Below, piece after piece: positions 46,413 through 56,987 of a stretch of DNA of 64,000 bases (position 1 is its first letter; each line of letters opens with the position of its first letter). The stretch comes from an uncultured Bacteroidales bacterium (GTDB lineage Bacteria; Bacteroidota; Bacteroidia; Bacteroidales; SZUA-534). The stretch covers positions 10,388-74,387 of the forward strand of contig CBDUWQ010000001.1 in assembly GCA_965370965.1 (NCBI GenBank), written 5' to 3'. Made by a program: the position numbers and the translations under genes. The notes under the pieces are model-generated. The model saw nothing but the letters and a program-made list of their open reading frames with translations, was not told where the DNA came from and searched no databases.

Positions 46413-48485
46413 ATGAGCGAAGAAAAACAAAACAAAAAGGAATTTGGATTTGGTTTAAAACCGAATAAGGATCAAAAAGGAAATGATAAAAAGCCAAAAT
46501 TCAATATTTCATGGATTTATGGTATGATAGCCATTTTTATTATTGGCATGATGTTTTTACCATTAGGTAATGAGCCAATTGAAATAATGTGGAGCAGGTT
46601 TGAGACTAAAATGGTAAAGACACATTCAATTGAAAAAATTGAGATAGTAAATAAGGAGCGAGCTGAGATATTTATTAAAACTGATAAACTATCTGATCCG
46701 GAATTTAGTGATATAAAAAAGACAAAATCAACAGGGTTAGGTGTTTCGGCGGCTAATTATTACATTACTATTGGGTCAATTGAGCAGTTTGGTATTCAGT
46801 TAAATGAAGCCATGAGTAAATATTCATACTCATCATCCGAATCAATTCCGGTTAGGTATGTTAATCGCGAAAACCATATGGACTGGATAGTTAGTTGGGT
46901 TATTTTCCCACTACTGCTTATAGGCGTATGGTTGTTTATTTTCCGTAGAATGTCAGGTCCCAATGGGCCGGGCGGTCAGATATTCAATATTGGAAAATCG
47001 AGGGCTAAAATGTTTGATAAAGAGGGTACTGAGGTTAAAGTTGACTTTAAAGATGTGGCAGGGCTTGCAGAGGCAAAGATTGAAATTATTGAGATTGTTG
47101 ATTTCTTGAAAAAGCCCGAAAAATACACAAGTCTTGGAGCTAAAATCCCTAAAGGGGCTTTGTTAGTAGGTCCTCCGGGAACAGGAAAAACGCTGCTTGC
47201 AAAAGCAGTAGCCGGTGAAGCTCATGTTCCGTTTTTTTCAATGTCGGGTTCCGATTTTGTTGAAATGTTTGTTGGGGTTGGGGCATCGCGAGTACGCGAC
47301 CTTTTTAAACAAGCTAAAGAGAAAGCACCTTGTATAATATTTATTGATGAAATTGATGCCATTGGGCGCGCACGTGGTAAAAATCCAAACATGGGGGCTA
47401 ATGATGAGCGCGAAAACACATTAAACCAGCTATTAACAGAAATGGACGGTTTTGGAACAAACAGTGGTGTAATTATTTTGGCTGCTACTAACCGTGCCGA
47501 CATACTTGATAGAGCATTATTGCGAGCAGGTAGGTTTGATAGACAGATTCATGTGGAATTGCCCGATTTGAATGAACGCAAAGATATTTTTAAGGTACAT
47601 ATGCGCCCGTTAAAAAAACTTGGACCTAAGGTTAGTCCAGAGTTTTTGTCAAAGCAAACCCCCGGTTTTTCAGGAGCCGATATTGCAAATGTTACAAATG
47701 AGGCTGCACTAATTGCTGCCAGGCAAGATAAAAAGAGGGTTGAGAAACAAGATTTTCTGGATGCTATTGATCGGATAATTGGTGGTTTAGAGAAGAAAAA
47801 CAAAATAATTACTCCTGTTGAGAAGAAAACCATTGCTTACCATGAGGCCGGACATGCCACAGTAAGTTGGATTTTAGAACACGCCAACCCGCTTATTAAA
47901 GTTACTATTGTGCCGCGAGGTCAGACATTGGGAGCTGCATGGTACTTACCTGAAGAAAGACAATTGACAACAAAAGAGCAGATGCTTGATGAAATGTGTG
48001 CTGTACTTGGTGGCAGAGCTGCCGAAGAGCTTTCATTTGGAAGAATATCAACAGGCGCCCTTAACGACCTTGAAAAAGTTACCAAACAAGCATATGCAAT
48101 GGTTACGTTTTATGGTATGAGCAATAAAATTGGAAACCGAAGCTATTACGACTCTACAGGGCAAAATGAGTATTCATTTAATAAGCCATATTCTGAAAAT
48201 ACAGCAAGAATAATTGACGATGAGGTAGAGAAAATAATTAACGAATCATATAAAAGGGCAAAGGCTCTTTTAATTGAACAAAAAGAGGGGCATAAAAAAT
48301 TGGGAGAGTTGTTATTGGAACGTGAAGTTTTGTTTGCTGAGGATTTAGAAAAAGTTTTAGGTCCTAGACCAAATGGCAAAACACCATTCTCAGATGATGA
48401 TTTTATGGATGAAAATCCGATAACTGAAGAAAATCAGGAGACAGTTGAAGATAAGGATGCCGATAATACAACTTCTGAAAAATAG
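46413..48485 (+). CDS. ftsH: ATP-dependent zinc metalloprotease FtsH
   Basis: Two TM helices, Walker [14 protein letters not shown], Walker [13 protein letters not shown], and HEAGH zinc site. Confidence 0.97.
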   Translation: MSEEKQNKKEFGFGLKPNKDQKGNDKKPKFNISWIYGMIAIFIIGMMFLPLGNEPIEIMWSRFETKMVKTHSIEKIEIVNKERAEIFIKTDKLSDPEFSDIKKTKSTGLGVSAANYYITIGSIEQFGIQLNEAMSKYSYSSSESIPVRYVNRENHMDWIVSWVIFPLLLIGVWLFIFRRMSGPNGPGGQIFNIGKSRAKMFDKEGTEVKVDFKDVAGLAEAKIEIIEIVDFLKKPEKYTSLGAKIPKGALLVGPPGTGKTLLAKAVAGEAHVPFFSMSGSDFVEMFVGVGASRVRDLFKQAKEKAPCIIFIDEIDAIGRARGKNPNMGANDERENTLNQLLTEMDGFGTNSGVIILAATNRADILDRALLRAGRFDRQIHVELPDLNERKDIFKVHMRPLKKLGPKVSPEFLSKQTPGFSGADIANVTNEAALIAARQDKKRVEKQDFLDAIDRIIGGLEKKNKIITPVEKKTIAYHEAGHATVSWILEHANPLIKVTIVPRGQTLGAAWYLPEERQLTTKEQMLDEMCAVLGGRAAEELSFGRISTGALNDLEKVTKQAYAMVTFYGMSNKIGNRSYYDSTGQNEYSFNKPYSENTARIIDDEVEKIINESYKRAKALLIEQKEGHKKLGELLLEREVLFAEDLEKVLGPRPNGKTPFSDDDFMDENPITEENQETVEDKDADNTTSEK

Positions 48486-48686
48486 ATGGGAAAGGATTGG
48501 AAACTTGCTTTTTCTACAGGAAAACTGTATCAGGCCGAAATGGTTAAGGATATCTTAGAAAATAATGATATAGAAGTTGTGCTTTTAAATAAACAAGACT
48601 CGTTTTACTTGTTTGGCGATATTGAGCTATATGTTAGACCTGATGATGTAATTAGGGCTAAGTATTTAATGAAAGATTTATTATAG
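48486..48686 (+). CDS. small DUF2007-like protein (putative signal-transducing fold)
   Basis: 66-aa ORF that starts immediately after the ftsH stop and overlaps the cdsA start by 1 nt, so it appears translationally coupled. Confidence 0.55.
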   Translation: MGKDWKLAFSTGKLYQAEMVKDILENNDIEVVLLNKQDSFYLFGDIELYVRPDDVIRAKYLMKDLL

Positions 48687-49498
48687 TGAGTAACTTTTTA
48701 CAACGCTCATTAACAGGGCTTTTTTTTGTGGCTTTTATTACCATTGGTGTGCTATGGCATAAAGCATCGTTTTTTGGCTTATTTCTTATTGTTGAAATAT
48801 TGGCTTTGACAGAATTTTATAAAATTGCTACAAAAAGCAAATCACTACCTCAAAAATATTATGGCAGTGTTGTAGGAGTTCTGTTTTTTATTGCCGGTTT
48901 TGTATGGCATGTTTTCGATTACGGAAACCATTTTAGTCTGCTTTTAATACCTGTTATATCATTTGTATTTATTTTTGAGCTATACCGAAACCTAAAACAT
49001 CCGCTACTAAACATAGCAATTACTTTGTTAGGTGTTTTATATGTATCGGTTCCATTAATGATGCTAAACCATATTGCTTTTCTTAATGGCGTTTTTAACG
49101 GAAAAATATTGCTTGGTATATTTATTTTAATTTGGGCAAGCGATTCAGGAGCATATCTGTTTGGTATTACAATGGGAAAACACCGATTGTTTGAACGTAT
49201 ATCGCCAAAAAAATCATGGGAAGGCTTTTTTGGAGGACTTATTGTTTCGCTGCTTGCAGCATATCTACTTGCTCATTATCTTGGTATTTTGGGGTATGTT
49301 AATTGGAGTATATTAGCTGCAATAGTTGTGGTTTTTGGAACACTTGGCGACTTGGTTGAATCAATGATGAAAAGAAGCATAGGAATTAAAGATTCGGGAA
49401 ATATTTTGCCCGGGCACGGTGGTATTTTAGATAGATTTGATAGTTTTTTATTTACAATTCCAGTAATTTTTACATATTTGTATTTTTTTATTAAGTAA
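48686..49498 (+). CDS. cdsA: phosphatidate cytidylyltransferase
   Basis: Multi-TM protein with SDSGAYLFGITMGKHRLFERISPKKSWEGFFGG and GHGGILDRFDS. GTG start. Confidence 0.88.
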   Translation: MSNFLQRSLTGLFFVAFITIGVLWHKASFFGLFLIVEILALTEFYKIATKSKSLPQKYYGSVVGVLFFIAGFVWHVFDYGNHFSLLLIPVISFVFIFELYRNLKHPLLNIAITLLGVLYVSVPLMMLNHIAFLNGVFNGKILLGIFILIWASDSGAYLFGITMGKHRLFERISPKKSWEGFFGGLIVSLLAAYLLAHYLGILGYVNWSILAAIVVVFGTLGDLVESMMKRSIGIKDSGNILPGHGGILDRFDSFLFTIPVIFTYLYFFIK

Positions 49499-49509
49499 TT
49501 CTATTACTC

Positions 49510-50169
49510 ATGACAATTCATAAAGCAGGTTATAGTATAATACTATTTGTAGTTTTTATAATTGCTCTTGTTATAATTCCTTTAGTATTTTTTAAGGTGC
49601 CAAGTATAGTATTGTACATTACCGGTTCAGTATTTTTTATTTTATTGCTGTTTTTTGTTTGGTTTTTTCGAAGCCCAAACCGCAAAATTAAATTTACCGA
49701 AAATCAGGTTGTGTCTCCTGCCGACGGAAAGGTTGTTGCTATTGAAGAGGTAACAGAAAATGAATTTATTAAAGGTAAATGTATTCAGGTTTCTATTTTT
49801 ATGTCGGTTTGGAATATCCATATAAATTGGTTTCCTGTGCTTGGCAAAATAGTCCGGTCGTTACATTTTAATGGCAAATATATGGCAGCATGGCTTCCAA
49901 AATCGTCATCAGAAAATGAACGCTCGGTTACAATTATTGAGCATCCAAAAGTTGGTAAAATAATGGTAAAGCAAATTGCAGGAGCGGTTGCCCGACGAAT
50001 TATTACCTACGCAACTGAAAATGACTCAATAACAGTAGGAAATCAGCTGGGCTTTATTCGGTTTGGATCGCGTGTTGATGTATTAATTCCGGTTAATTCA
50101 ATAATAAAAGTTAAACTAAACGATAAAACAGTTGGAGGTATAACACTTTTGGCAGAATTAATAAATTAG
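49510..50169 (+). CDS. psd: phosphatidylserine decarboxylase proenzyme (short, membrane-anchored type)
   Basis: SPADGKV.., FMSVWNIHINW.P, and the self-cleavage-region motif GFIRFGSRVD. Confidence 0.88.
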   Translation: MTIHKAGYSIILFVVFIIALVIIPLVFFKVPSIVLYITGSVFFILLLFFVWFFRSPNRKIKFTENQVVSPADGKVVAIEEVTENEFIKGKCIQVSIFMSVWNIHINWFPVLGKIVRSLHFNGKYMAAWLPKSSSENERSVTIIEHPKVGKIMVKQIAGAVARRIITYATENDSITVGNQLGFIRFGSRVDVLIPVNSIIKVKLNDKTVGGITLLAELIN

Positions 50170-50241
50170 GATTCTTAAATTTTACTGTTTTTAAATATGA
50201 AAAAAAGTGTGTTTAAGTTTTAATAATTAGTTTAAGAAATA

Positions 50242-50249
50242 TAAATTTG
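50242..50249 (+). promoter_or_regulatory. candidate -7 box TAAATTTG for the small ferredoxin gene
   Basis: Exact TAnnTTTG match 30 nt upstream of the ATG at 50280. Confidence 0.45.
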
Positions 50250-50279
50250 TGCCTTAATTAATAATTTAACTTTTTTGTT

Positions 50280-50450
50280 ATGGCTTATAAAATTTCAGAA
50301 GATTGTATAGCTTGTGGTACTTGCATTGCCGAATGTCCGGTTGATGCTATTGCTGAAGGTGATATTTACGTAATTGATGCAGACTTATGTACAGACTGTG
50401 GCTCTTGCGTCGAAGTGTGTCCTGTTGATGCAATTGCACCTGTTGAATAG
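50280..50450 (+). CDS. 2x[4Fe-4S] clostridial-type ferredoxin (56 aa; absent from ORF track)
   Basis: My translation is MAYKISEDCIACGTCIAECPVDAIAEGDIYVIDADLCTDCGSCVEVCPVDAIAPVE, with two CxxCxxCxxxCP motifs. It is flanked by its own -7 box and terminator. Confidence 0.85.
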   Translation: MAYKISEDCIACGTCIAECPVDAIAEGDIYVIDADLCTDCGSCVEVCPVDAIAPVE

Positions 50451-50475
50451 AGTAAACAAGAGATATGAAAAAACA

Positions 50476-50509
50476 AAAAGCCCAATTAAATTGGGCTTTT
50501 TGTTTTTTA
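50476..50509 (+). terminator. rho-independent terminator after ferredoxin gene
   Basis: AAAAGCCCAA-TTAAA-TTGGGCTTTTTGTTTTTT. Confidence 0.8.
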
Positions 50510-50583
50510 TCCATACAGGGCTTGTATTAATGTAAAACAAAAGTGTTTAAAAGCTATTTTGATGTTTATTAGCTATTTAATTT

Positions 50584-50591
50584 TACCTTTG
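50584..50591 (+). promoter_or_regulatory. candidate -7 box TACCTTTG for the CapD-like gene
   Basis: Exact TAnnTTTG match 34 nt upstream of the ATG at 50626. Confidence 0.45.
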
Positions 50592-50625
50592 TGTTATAAC
50601 AACTATCTGATAATCTTAGTCCTTA

Positions 50626-52509
50626 ATGATATTTAGTAAAAAATATACACCTCGCTGGATAGTATTTGTAATTGATGTTTTTATAAGCGTTGCAAGTGTT
50701 GCATTGGCTTATTTACTTAGGTTTAACTTTGAAATTCCTGAAACCAATGTTGCATCTTTATATATAATAATTCCATTTGTTGCATCAATTCGTATTATTA
50801 GCTTTCTTGTTGGACGTACCTATTCAGGTATTGTCAGATACACGGGTATGCATGATGCACAGCGGATTTTTATAACCATTTTTATTGGCAGTTTGTTTAT
50901 TGTTGTAGCCAATTTTATTAGCTATTATTACATTACAAAAGCTTTTATAGTACCCATTTCAATTGTTATAATCGATTTTTTGGTTACCGTTTTTTTTATG
51001 ACTTCGTTGCGGTGGTTGGTAAAAGCTGTTTTTTACGAATTCCGCACATCGAATCTGCAAATAAAGCGTGCAGCAATTTATGGTATAGGACCGGCAGCTA
51101 TTGCATCAAAAAACACGTTGGAGCAAGATTCTGAAACACGATATAAAATTGTTACTTTTTTTGATGATGTTACTACACGCAGCAGAAAACAGTTAGAGGG
51201 CATACCTCTGTCGCCAATTTCAAGAATTGAATCATATTTTTCAAATCAAAATTTAGACTTTTTAGTATTGGCAAAGCCGTTTGATACTATTGAAGAAAAA
51301 ACCAATCTTATTGAGTTATCGCTTGCCAATAATGTGCAGGTTTTAACTGTGCCGGGAGTTGATAGTTGGATAAACGGAGAGCTTAGCTCAAAGCAAATTC
51401 GTCAGGTAAAAATTGAAGAGCTTTTGGAGCGCAGTCCTATTAAATTGGATATTGATGCTATTAAGTCGCAAGTATCCGAAAAAGTTATAATGGTTACTGG
51501 TGCTGCCGGCTCAATTGGCAGTGAGATGGTACGCCAGTTAATAAAGTTTAACCCTGCCAAGCTTATCCTTTTTGATCAGGCCGAAACACCCCTTTACGAT
51601 ATTGAGATGGAGTTGGCTGAGCAGAAGCATAGTTGTAATTATAGAGTTGTAATTGGCGATATATCTGATCCTGTAAGGGTTGAGGAGGTGTTTAAGGAAC
51701 TTAAACCCGAAATTATTTATCATGCAGCAGCCTATAAGCATGTTCCTATGATGGAGAATAATGCAGCTGAGGCGATAAAAAATAATGTACTTGGCACAAA
51801 AATAATCGCCGATTTTGCTATAAAGTATGGTGTTAAACGGTTTGTTATGGTGTCAACCGATAAGGCTGTGAACCCAACAAATATTATGGGTGCCTCAAAA
51901 AGGCTGGCCGAAATTTATACTCAATCGTTAAACGGTACTTCTAAAACAGCATTTATTACAACACGGTTTGGTAATGTGTTAGGCTCTAATGGTTCGGTAA
52001 TTCCAAGGTTTAGAAAACAGATAGCAGAAGGTGGTCCAATTACCGTTACTCACCCTGATATAACAAGGTTTTTTATGACCATTCCTGAGGCATGTCAATT
52101 GGTTCTTGAAGCTGGTGCTATGGGAACAGGAGGTGAGATTTTTATTTTTGACATGGGCGAATCGGTAAAGATTGTTGATTTGGCAAAAAAAATGATAAAA
52201 CTATCGGGGCTAAAATTGGGTAAGGATATACAAATAAGCTTTACCGGACTTAGACCCGGAGAAAAACTGTATGAAGAGCTGCTTGCCGATAAAGAGAATA
52301 CTTTGCCTACACACCATTCTCAAATTATGATAGCAAAAGTACGTGGTTATAAATTTGAGGAGGTGTCGGTACAAATAACAAATTTGATTAATATGGTAGG
52401 CAAATATAAAGATTTGAAAATTGTAAACCAGATGAAGGCAATTGTACCTGAATTTATTAGTCAAAATTCAATTTACGAGCAGCTTGATAAGCCTTTAGTA
52501 AAGAGTTAA
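50626..52509 (+). CDS. membrane-bound nucleotide-sugar 4,6-dehydratase/epimerase (CapD/WbpM/PglF family)
   Basis: Four N-terminal TM helices and an SDR-extended domain with VTGAAGSIGSE, AAAYKHVP, STDKAVNPTNIMGASKR. Confidence 0.88.
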   Translation: MIFSKKYTPRWIVFVIDVFISVASVALAYLLRFNFEIPETNVASLYIIIPFVASIRIISFLVGRTYSGIVRYTGMHDAQRIFITIFIGSLFIVVANFISYYYITKAFIVPISIVIIDFLVTVFFMTSLRWLVKAVFYEFRTSNLQIKRAAIYGIGPAAIASKNTLEQDSETRYKIVTFFDDVTTRSRKQLEGIPLSPISRIESYFSNQNLDFLVLAKPFDTIEEKTNLIELSLANNVQVLTVPGVDSWINGELSSKQIRQVKIEELLERSPIKLDIDAIKSQVSEKVIMVTGAAGSIGSEMVRQLIKFNPAKLILFDQAETPLYDIEMELAEQKHSCNYRVVIGDISDPVRVEEVFKELKPEIIYHAAAYKHVPMMENNAAEAIKNNVLGTKIIADFAIKYGVKRFVMVSTDKAVNPTNIMGASKRLAEIYTQSLNGTSKTAFITTRFGNVLGSNGSVIPRFRKQIAEGGPITVTHPDITRFFMTIPEACQLVLEAGAMGTGGEIFIFDMGESVKIVDLAKKMIKLSGLKLGKDIQISFTGLRPGEKLYEELLADKENTLPTHHSQIMIAKVRGYKFEEVSVQITNLINMVGKYKDLKIVNQMKAIVPEFISQNSIYEQLDKPLVKS

Positions 52510-52654
52510 CTAATCAACTTTGTGATTGATAAATTTATGCATAATTCAGGTTAGTAACATTTTATCTTTTTTTTTATTCAAAAAAAGATTAATCAAGTAA
52601 TTAAATATCAATATTTTATTCATCTCCTTTTGGAGAAGCATAAATCAAATAAAT

Positions 52655-52699
52655 CGTTACCCTCCTCTGAAATACTCGGGGCAAACTGTGAGGGTTTCA
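52655..52699 (+). repeat. repeat family B copy
   Basis: 35/45 gapless match to 13796-13840. It overlaps the local hairpin AAACTGTG-AGGGTTT-CACAGTTT (52683-52705) just upstream of the S9 peptidase start. Confidence 0.5.
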
Positions 52700-52719
52700 C
52701 AGTTTAAATTTATATATCC

Positions 52720-55518
52720 ATGAAAAAAATTGTAACACTATCGTTTGCTTTATTCTTTATTATAGGTGTGTTTGCTCAAAAAAAAACATTAACTATTGAT
52801 GATTTTACAGGTTGGAATAAAATTGAAAAACGACAAATTTCAAGAAATGGAAAATTTGTTTGTTATGAGCTTAATAAACAAAAAGGCGATGGCAAGCTAA
52901 TAGTTTATAATGCCATTAAAAAAACTAACGACACGATTTTATATGGTTATAGTGCCAGGTTTTCTCCATATTCAGACTTTATAGCCTTTAAAATAAAACC
53001 ACAAGCAGATACCGTTCGTAAAGCAAAACTAGCCGAGGTAAAAAAAGATAAATTACCAAAAGACAGTATGGCTGTTTTTATTTTATCAACAAAGGAGTTG
53101 ATAAAATACCCTAAAGTTAAATCATTTAAAATGCCTAAAGAAAATAGCTCGTGGTTAGCCTTTTTATTAGAGCATAAGCAAGCTGTTGAAGATACTGCTT
53201 ATACGGATACAAGTAAAACTAAATTGGACATAAAAAAGACTGCTGCTAAAAAGGGAAAAGATAAAAAAAATAACGATTTAATTATTTTAAATCCTTTAAC
53301 TCACAAGCAATTTACATTTAACAGAGTTACCGAATATACAGTTTCAAAAAAAGGGATAAATATAGCCTTATTATCAAAAGTATATGATACAATTGATATA
53401 TTTGCTGTTATAATTATTAATCCTGAAATTGGTTCAATTGATACTCTAATTCAGGATTCAATTACTTTTAAAAAGCTGACATTGGATGAAAGCGGTAAAC
53501 ATCTGGCTTTTTTAGTTAGTAAGGACACCATTGATGATAAAGTTTTTACATTACAGTTTACCCATTTAAACAAGCCTGAAATAAAAACTATTGTTGACAC
53601 TCTAACACCGGAGATGTTTAATGGTTGGGCACCAAGTATTAATGGCAAAGTATATTTTTCTGATGATGGTTTAAAACTGTTTTTTGGTACTGCAAAAAAA
53701 CCTGTATGTCAACCTAAAGACACAGTTCTTGATGATGAAAAACCAAAGGTTGATGTTTGGAGCTGGACTGACATTGATTTACAACCCATGCAATTATTAA
53801 ATCTTGATAAAGAGAAAAAGCGCACATATAAAGCGGTTTATCATATTAAAAATGAAAAATTTGTGCAGTTGGCCGATACTATTGTCAGAAATATTAAGCT
53901 ATTAAATAAAAATAATGGTAACTGGGCACTTGGTTTAAACGATAAAGATTATAGGCGTTCCACATCGTGGAACGGAAAATGGCTGAATGATTATTATCTG
54001 ATAAATGTAAAAACAGGTCATAAAAAGCTATTGTTAAAAGGTAAAAGTCGTGCATATTTATCTCCTACAGGAAAATACATTGTTTGGTACGAGTTAACCG
54101 ATAGCAGCTATTATGCTACCAATTGTGAAACAGGAAAATCAATTTCGCTAACAAAAAGTTTACCCGTAATATTTTGCAATGAATTAAATGACAAGCCAAC
54201 AAATCCGTATCCTTATGGAATAGCAGGTTGGGCAGAAAATGATGCAACAGTATTTATATATGACCGTTTTGATATTTGGAAATTTGATTTAAAAGATAAA
54301 AATAAACCCGAAAATATTACCAACCATTATGGGCGCAAAAATAAAATAAGCTTGCGATACAGAAAACTTGATAAAGAATTGGTTTACATGCCAAATAAAA
54401 TAATTATTGAAGCTTTTAACGAAGAATCTTTTAAGGCAGGGTATTTTTCTGCTTTTTTAACCAGCCGGCAAAATCCTGTAAAATTATATTATAACGATGT
54501 TTATATTGGCTCATTGCAAAAAGCAGATGATGCTGATAGTGTTATTTGGTCAACACAGACAGTTTCTGAATATCCTGAAATAAAAATCAGTAGCTTAAGT
54601 TTTAAAAAAATAGAAACAATATCAAACACCAACCCACAACAAATAGGGTTTAATTGGGCTACAAATGAAATTGTTGAATGGGAATCATTTGCAGGTGATA
54701 GCTTAAAGGGAGTATTATATAAGCCTGAAAATTTTGATGCTTCAAAAAAATATCCAATGATCGTATATTTTTATGAGCGCAGCAGCCAATATAAAAATGC
54801 ACATTCAATACCATCACCCAGCAGAAGCATTATAAACAAAACTTTTTATGCCAGTAACGGCTATTTGGTTTTTGTGCCTGACATTGTTTATACCAACGGC
54901 TACCCCGGGCAAAGTGCATACAATGCTATTGTAAGTGGTGTTAACTATTTAAAAAATAGTTTTAATTATGTCAATTCTGAAAAAATAGCCCTTCAAGGTC
55001 AAAGTTGGGGCGGATACCAAATAGCATATCTTGTAACACAAACCAATATGTTTGCAGCTGCTATGGCCGGAGCACCGGTTAGTAACATGACCAGTGCATA
55101 TGGGGGCATTCGTTGGGGTAGTGGAATGAGTAGGATGTTTCAATATGAACACTCGCAGAGCCGAATTGGCGGTACACTTTGGGAAAAGCCATTGCTATAC
55201 ATTGAGAACAGTCCAGTTTTTTATGCTCCAAAAGTTAACACACCATTGCTAATAATGCATAACGATAATGATGGTGCAGTACCATGGTATCAAGGAATTG
55301 AATATTTTGTAGCTTTACGCCGACTAAATAAACCTGTATGGATGCTTAATTACAATGGCATGAAACATAATATTGAATCAAAATATTGGGCAAACCGAAT
55401 TGATTTAAGCAAAAGAATGTTTCAGTTTTTTAACCACTACTTAAAAGATGAGCCTGCTCCAAAATGGATGATTGATGGAGTTTCTGCAATTGATAAAGGA
55501 ATAAAATTAGGTTATTAA
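52720..55518 (+). CDS. S9-family serine peptidase (prolyl oligopeptidase/acylaminoacyl-peptidase type) with large N-terminal propeller region
   Basis: Signal peptide. The C-terminal alpha/beta hydrolase carries the nucleophile elbow GQSWGGY, then the NDNDGAV Asp and the MKHN His region. Confidence 0.85.
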   Translation: MKKIVTLSFALFFIIGVFAQKKTLTIDDFTGWNKIEKRQISRNGKFVCYELNKQKGDGKLIVYNAIKKTNDTILYGYSARFSPYSDFIAFKIKPQADTVRKAKLAEVKKDKLPKDSMAVFILSTKELIKYPKVKSFKMPKENSSWLAFLLEHKQAVEDTAYTDTSKTKLDIKKTAAKKGKDKKNNDLIILNPLTHKQFTFNRVTEYTVSKKGINIALLSKVYDTIDIFAVIIINPEIGSIDTLIQDSITFKKLTLDESGKHLAFLVSKDTIDDKVFTLQFTHLNKPEIKTIVDTLTPEMFNGWAPSINGKVYFSDDGLKLFFGTAKKPVCQPKDTVLDDEKPKVDVWSWTDIDLQPMQLLNLDKEKKRTYKAVYHIKNEKFVQLADTIVRNIKLLNKNNGNWALGLNDKDYRRSTSWNGKWLNDYYLINVKTGHKKLLLKGKSRAYLSPTGKYIVWYELTDSSYYATNCETGKSISLTKSLPVIFCNELNDKPTNPYPYGIAGWAENDATVFIYDRFDIWKFDLKDKNKPENITNHYGRKNKISLRYRKLDKELVYMPNKIIIEAFNEESFKAGYFSAFLTSRQNPVKLYYNDVYIGSLQKADDADSVIWSTQTVSEYPEIKISSLSFKKIETISNTNPQQIGFNWATNEIVEWESFAGDSLKGVLYKPENFDASKKYPMIVYFYERSSQYKNAHSIPSPSRSIINKTFYASNGYLVFVPDIVYTNGYPGQSAYNAIVSGVNYLKNSFNYVNSEKIALQGQSWGGYQIAYLVTQTNMFAAAMAGAPVSNMTSAYGGIRWGSGMSRMFQYEHSQSRIGGTLWEKPLLYIENSPVFYAPKVNTPLLIMHNDNDGAVPWYQGIEYFVALRRLNKPVWMLNYNGMKHNIESKYWANRIDLSKRMFQFFNHYLKDEPAPKWMIDGVSAIDKGIKLGY

Positions 55519-56042
55519 GTAATATACAAATCAATTAACCCTGCGGGGCTTTCAATTGTAATAGTTTTGTTTTCGGAGCTTATATCCACAATTAAATCGG
55601 GGTGAATAGGTATAAGCACTTCACTTTTTTTATAAGTTATCGACATTAATGGATTGTTTTTATCATCAATAATGTGATTAATAATGCCTAACTCGCCAAA
55701 TTTAGTGTCAATTACTAAAAATCCGGTTAGCATATCAATATCCTCATTAATATCAATTTCTTGAAAGGTAATTTCATTTAATGGAAGGAAAACTTCATGA
55801 CTTGTTAGTTTTTTTGCTTCATTTTCGGTTTTTATCCAATCAAACAATATGCGGAATCGGTGTGAACTTGTTTGTTTAATTTGTTTAATAAAAAAAGGAA
55901 CCAATAACCCGTCAATTTCAACGAGTACTGATTCCTTAATATCTTCAATTAAGCCGGTGCTTGTTATTTCCAAAATAAGTTCACCATGTATTCCATGGGT
56001 TTTTATTATTGTGCCTATTTGAAAATAATCCTGCTTATTCAT
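55515..56042 (-). CDS. rimM: 16S rRNA processing protein RimM
   Basis: MNKQDYFQIGTIIKTHGIHGELILE.. (PRC-barrel RimM). The lysine-rich 39 aa at the start of the track ORF are an alternative-frame reading of the rpsP tail, so I prefer the ATG at 56042. Confidence 0.85.
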   Translation of the reverse strand: MNKQDYFQIGTIIKTHGIHGELILEITSTGLIEDIKESVLVEIDGLLVPFFIKQIKQTSSHRFRILFDWIKTENEAKKLTSHEVFLPLNEITFQEIDINEDIDMLTGFLVIDTKFGELGIINHIIDDKNNPLMSITYKKSEVLIPIHPDLIVDISSENKTITIESPAGLIDLYIT

Positions 56043-56052
56043 GCAGTAGCCC

Positions 56053-56790
56053 TTACTCTTCTTTTTTATCTTCCTTCTTTTCTTCTTTTTTCTCCTCTTT
56101 AGGAGCTTTTTCCTCTTTTTTCGCTTCTGCTTTTGGAGCATCATCTTTTTTTGCTTCAACTACAGGAGTATCATCTTTTTTTGCTTCTGTTTTTGGAGCA
56201 TCATCAGCTTTTTCTTCAACTACAGGTACTTCTTCTTTTTTCTTTTCAACTACAGGAGCATTCTTTGCAGCTTTTTCAGCTTCTTTTGCTTCGGCTTCAG
56301 CTTTAGCTGCATCTTCAGCTTCTTTAGCTAAAGCTGCATTTTTCTCGGTAAAAGCTTTTGCTCTTTCCTCATTAACTTTTCGTTCAGCATCTAAGCGATT
56401 TTTCGAATCTGATGATTGTTCCGCTTTGATTTTATCAACGTTTGCTTGAATTTTTGATGTTTTATCAGCCATCCATTCATTGAATTTTTGTTCGGCAGCT
56501 TCCTCATCAAAAGCACCTTTTCTAACACCTTCCAACAGGTGTTTTTTCATCATAACTCCTTTAAGCGATAAAATCGCCCTTACAGTGTCACTTGGTTGTG
56601 CACCATTTAAAAGCCAATGCAATGCCCGGTCAAAGTTAAGTTCAATAGTAGCAGGATTTGTGTTTGGGTTATAATTCCCCAATCTTTCTATGAACTTACC
56701 ATCCCGTGGCGCCCTGCTGTCGGCTGCAACAATATGGTAGTATGCTCTAGCTTTTCTACCATGTCTTGCTAATCTGATTTTTACAGGCAT
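56053..56790 (-). CDS. rpsP: 30S ribosomal protein S16 with ~150-aa K/E/A-rich repetitive C-terminal extension
   Basis: [42 protein letters not shown] is the S16 core. The tail contains PVVE(E/A)K(A/K)DDAPK(T/A)EAKKDD repeats. I prefer the ATG at 56790. Confidence 0.9.
   Translation of the reverse strand: MPVKIRLARHGRKARAYYHIVAADSRAPRDGKFIERLGNYNPNTNPATIELNFDRALHWLLNGAQPSDTVRAILSLKGVMMKKHLLEGVRKGAFDEEAAEQKFNEWMADKTSKIQANVDKIKAEQSSDSKNRLDAERKVNEERAKAFTEKNAALAKEAEDAAKAEAEAKEAEKAAKNAPVVEKKKEEVPVVEEKADDAPKTEAKKDDTPVVEAKKDDAPKAEAKKEEKAPKEEKKEEKKEDKKEE
56125..56265 (-). repeat. in-frame tandem repeats (30/60-nt period) encoding the S16 tail
   Basis: cttctgcttttggagcatcatctttttttgcttcaactacaggagtatcatctttttttg is followed by a diverged second unit. 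This is a coding repeat, not CRISPR. Confidence 0.7.
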
Positions 56791-56826
56791 AATTAAATAA
56801 TTTATAATTCTTAAAAATTTGAGGTG

Positions 56827-56834
56827 CAAAGATA
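56827..56834 (-). promoter_or_regulatory. candidate -7 box (TATCTTTG) for rpsP-rimM
   Basis: The minus strand matches TAnnTTTG, 36 nt upstream of the rpsP ATG. Confidence 0.5.
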
Positions 56835-56987
56835 TAACTAATTTATCTATCTAAAACTTTTTGTCCTTTTTTTTTTAAGATGCGCTTTAGTAATATTTAT
56901 TAATAAATAATTTTTAAATTACAGATTATTTTTTTTGTGTAACTTAATTAATAAACTGACGACTTATTATTTGAAATTTAGAATTAA

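Noticed and set aside
56125-56265. Possible CRISPR or other non-coding tandem array
   Set aside because: The repeats are contiguous with no unique spacers and stay in frame within rpsP. This is a coding repeat.
56009-56449. 146-aa plus-strand ORF, and the lysine-rich 39-aa N-terminal extension of the rimM track ORF (56043-56159)
   Set aside because: Both are alternative-frame or antisense readings of the repetitive K/E/A-coding tail of rpsP. They have extreme low-complexity composition (S/F/A or K/R runs).
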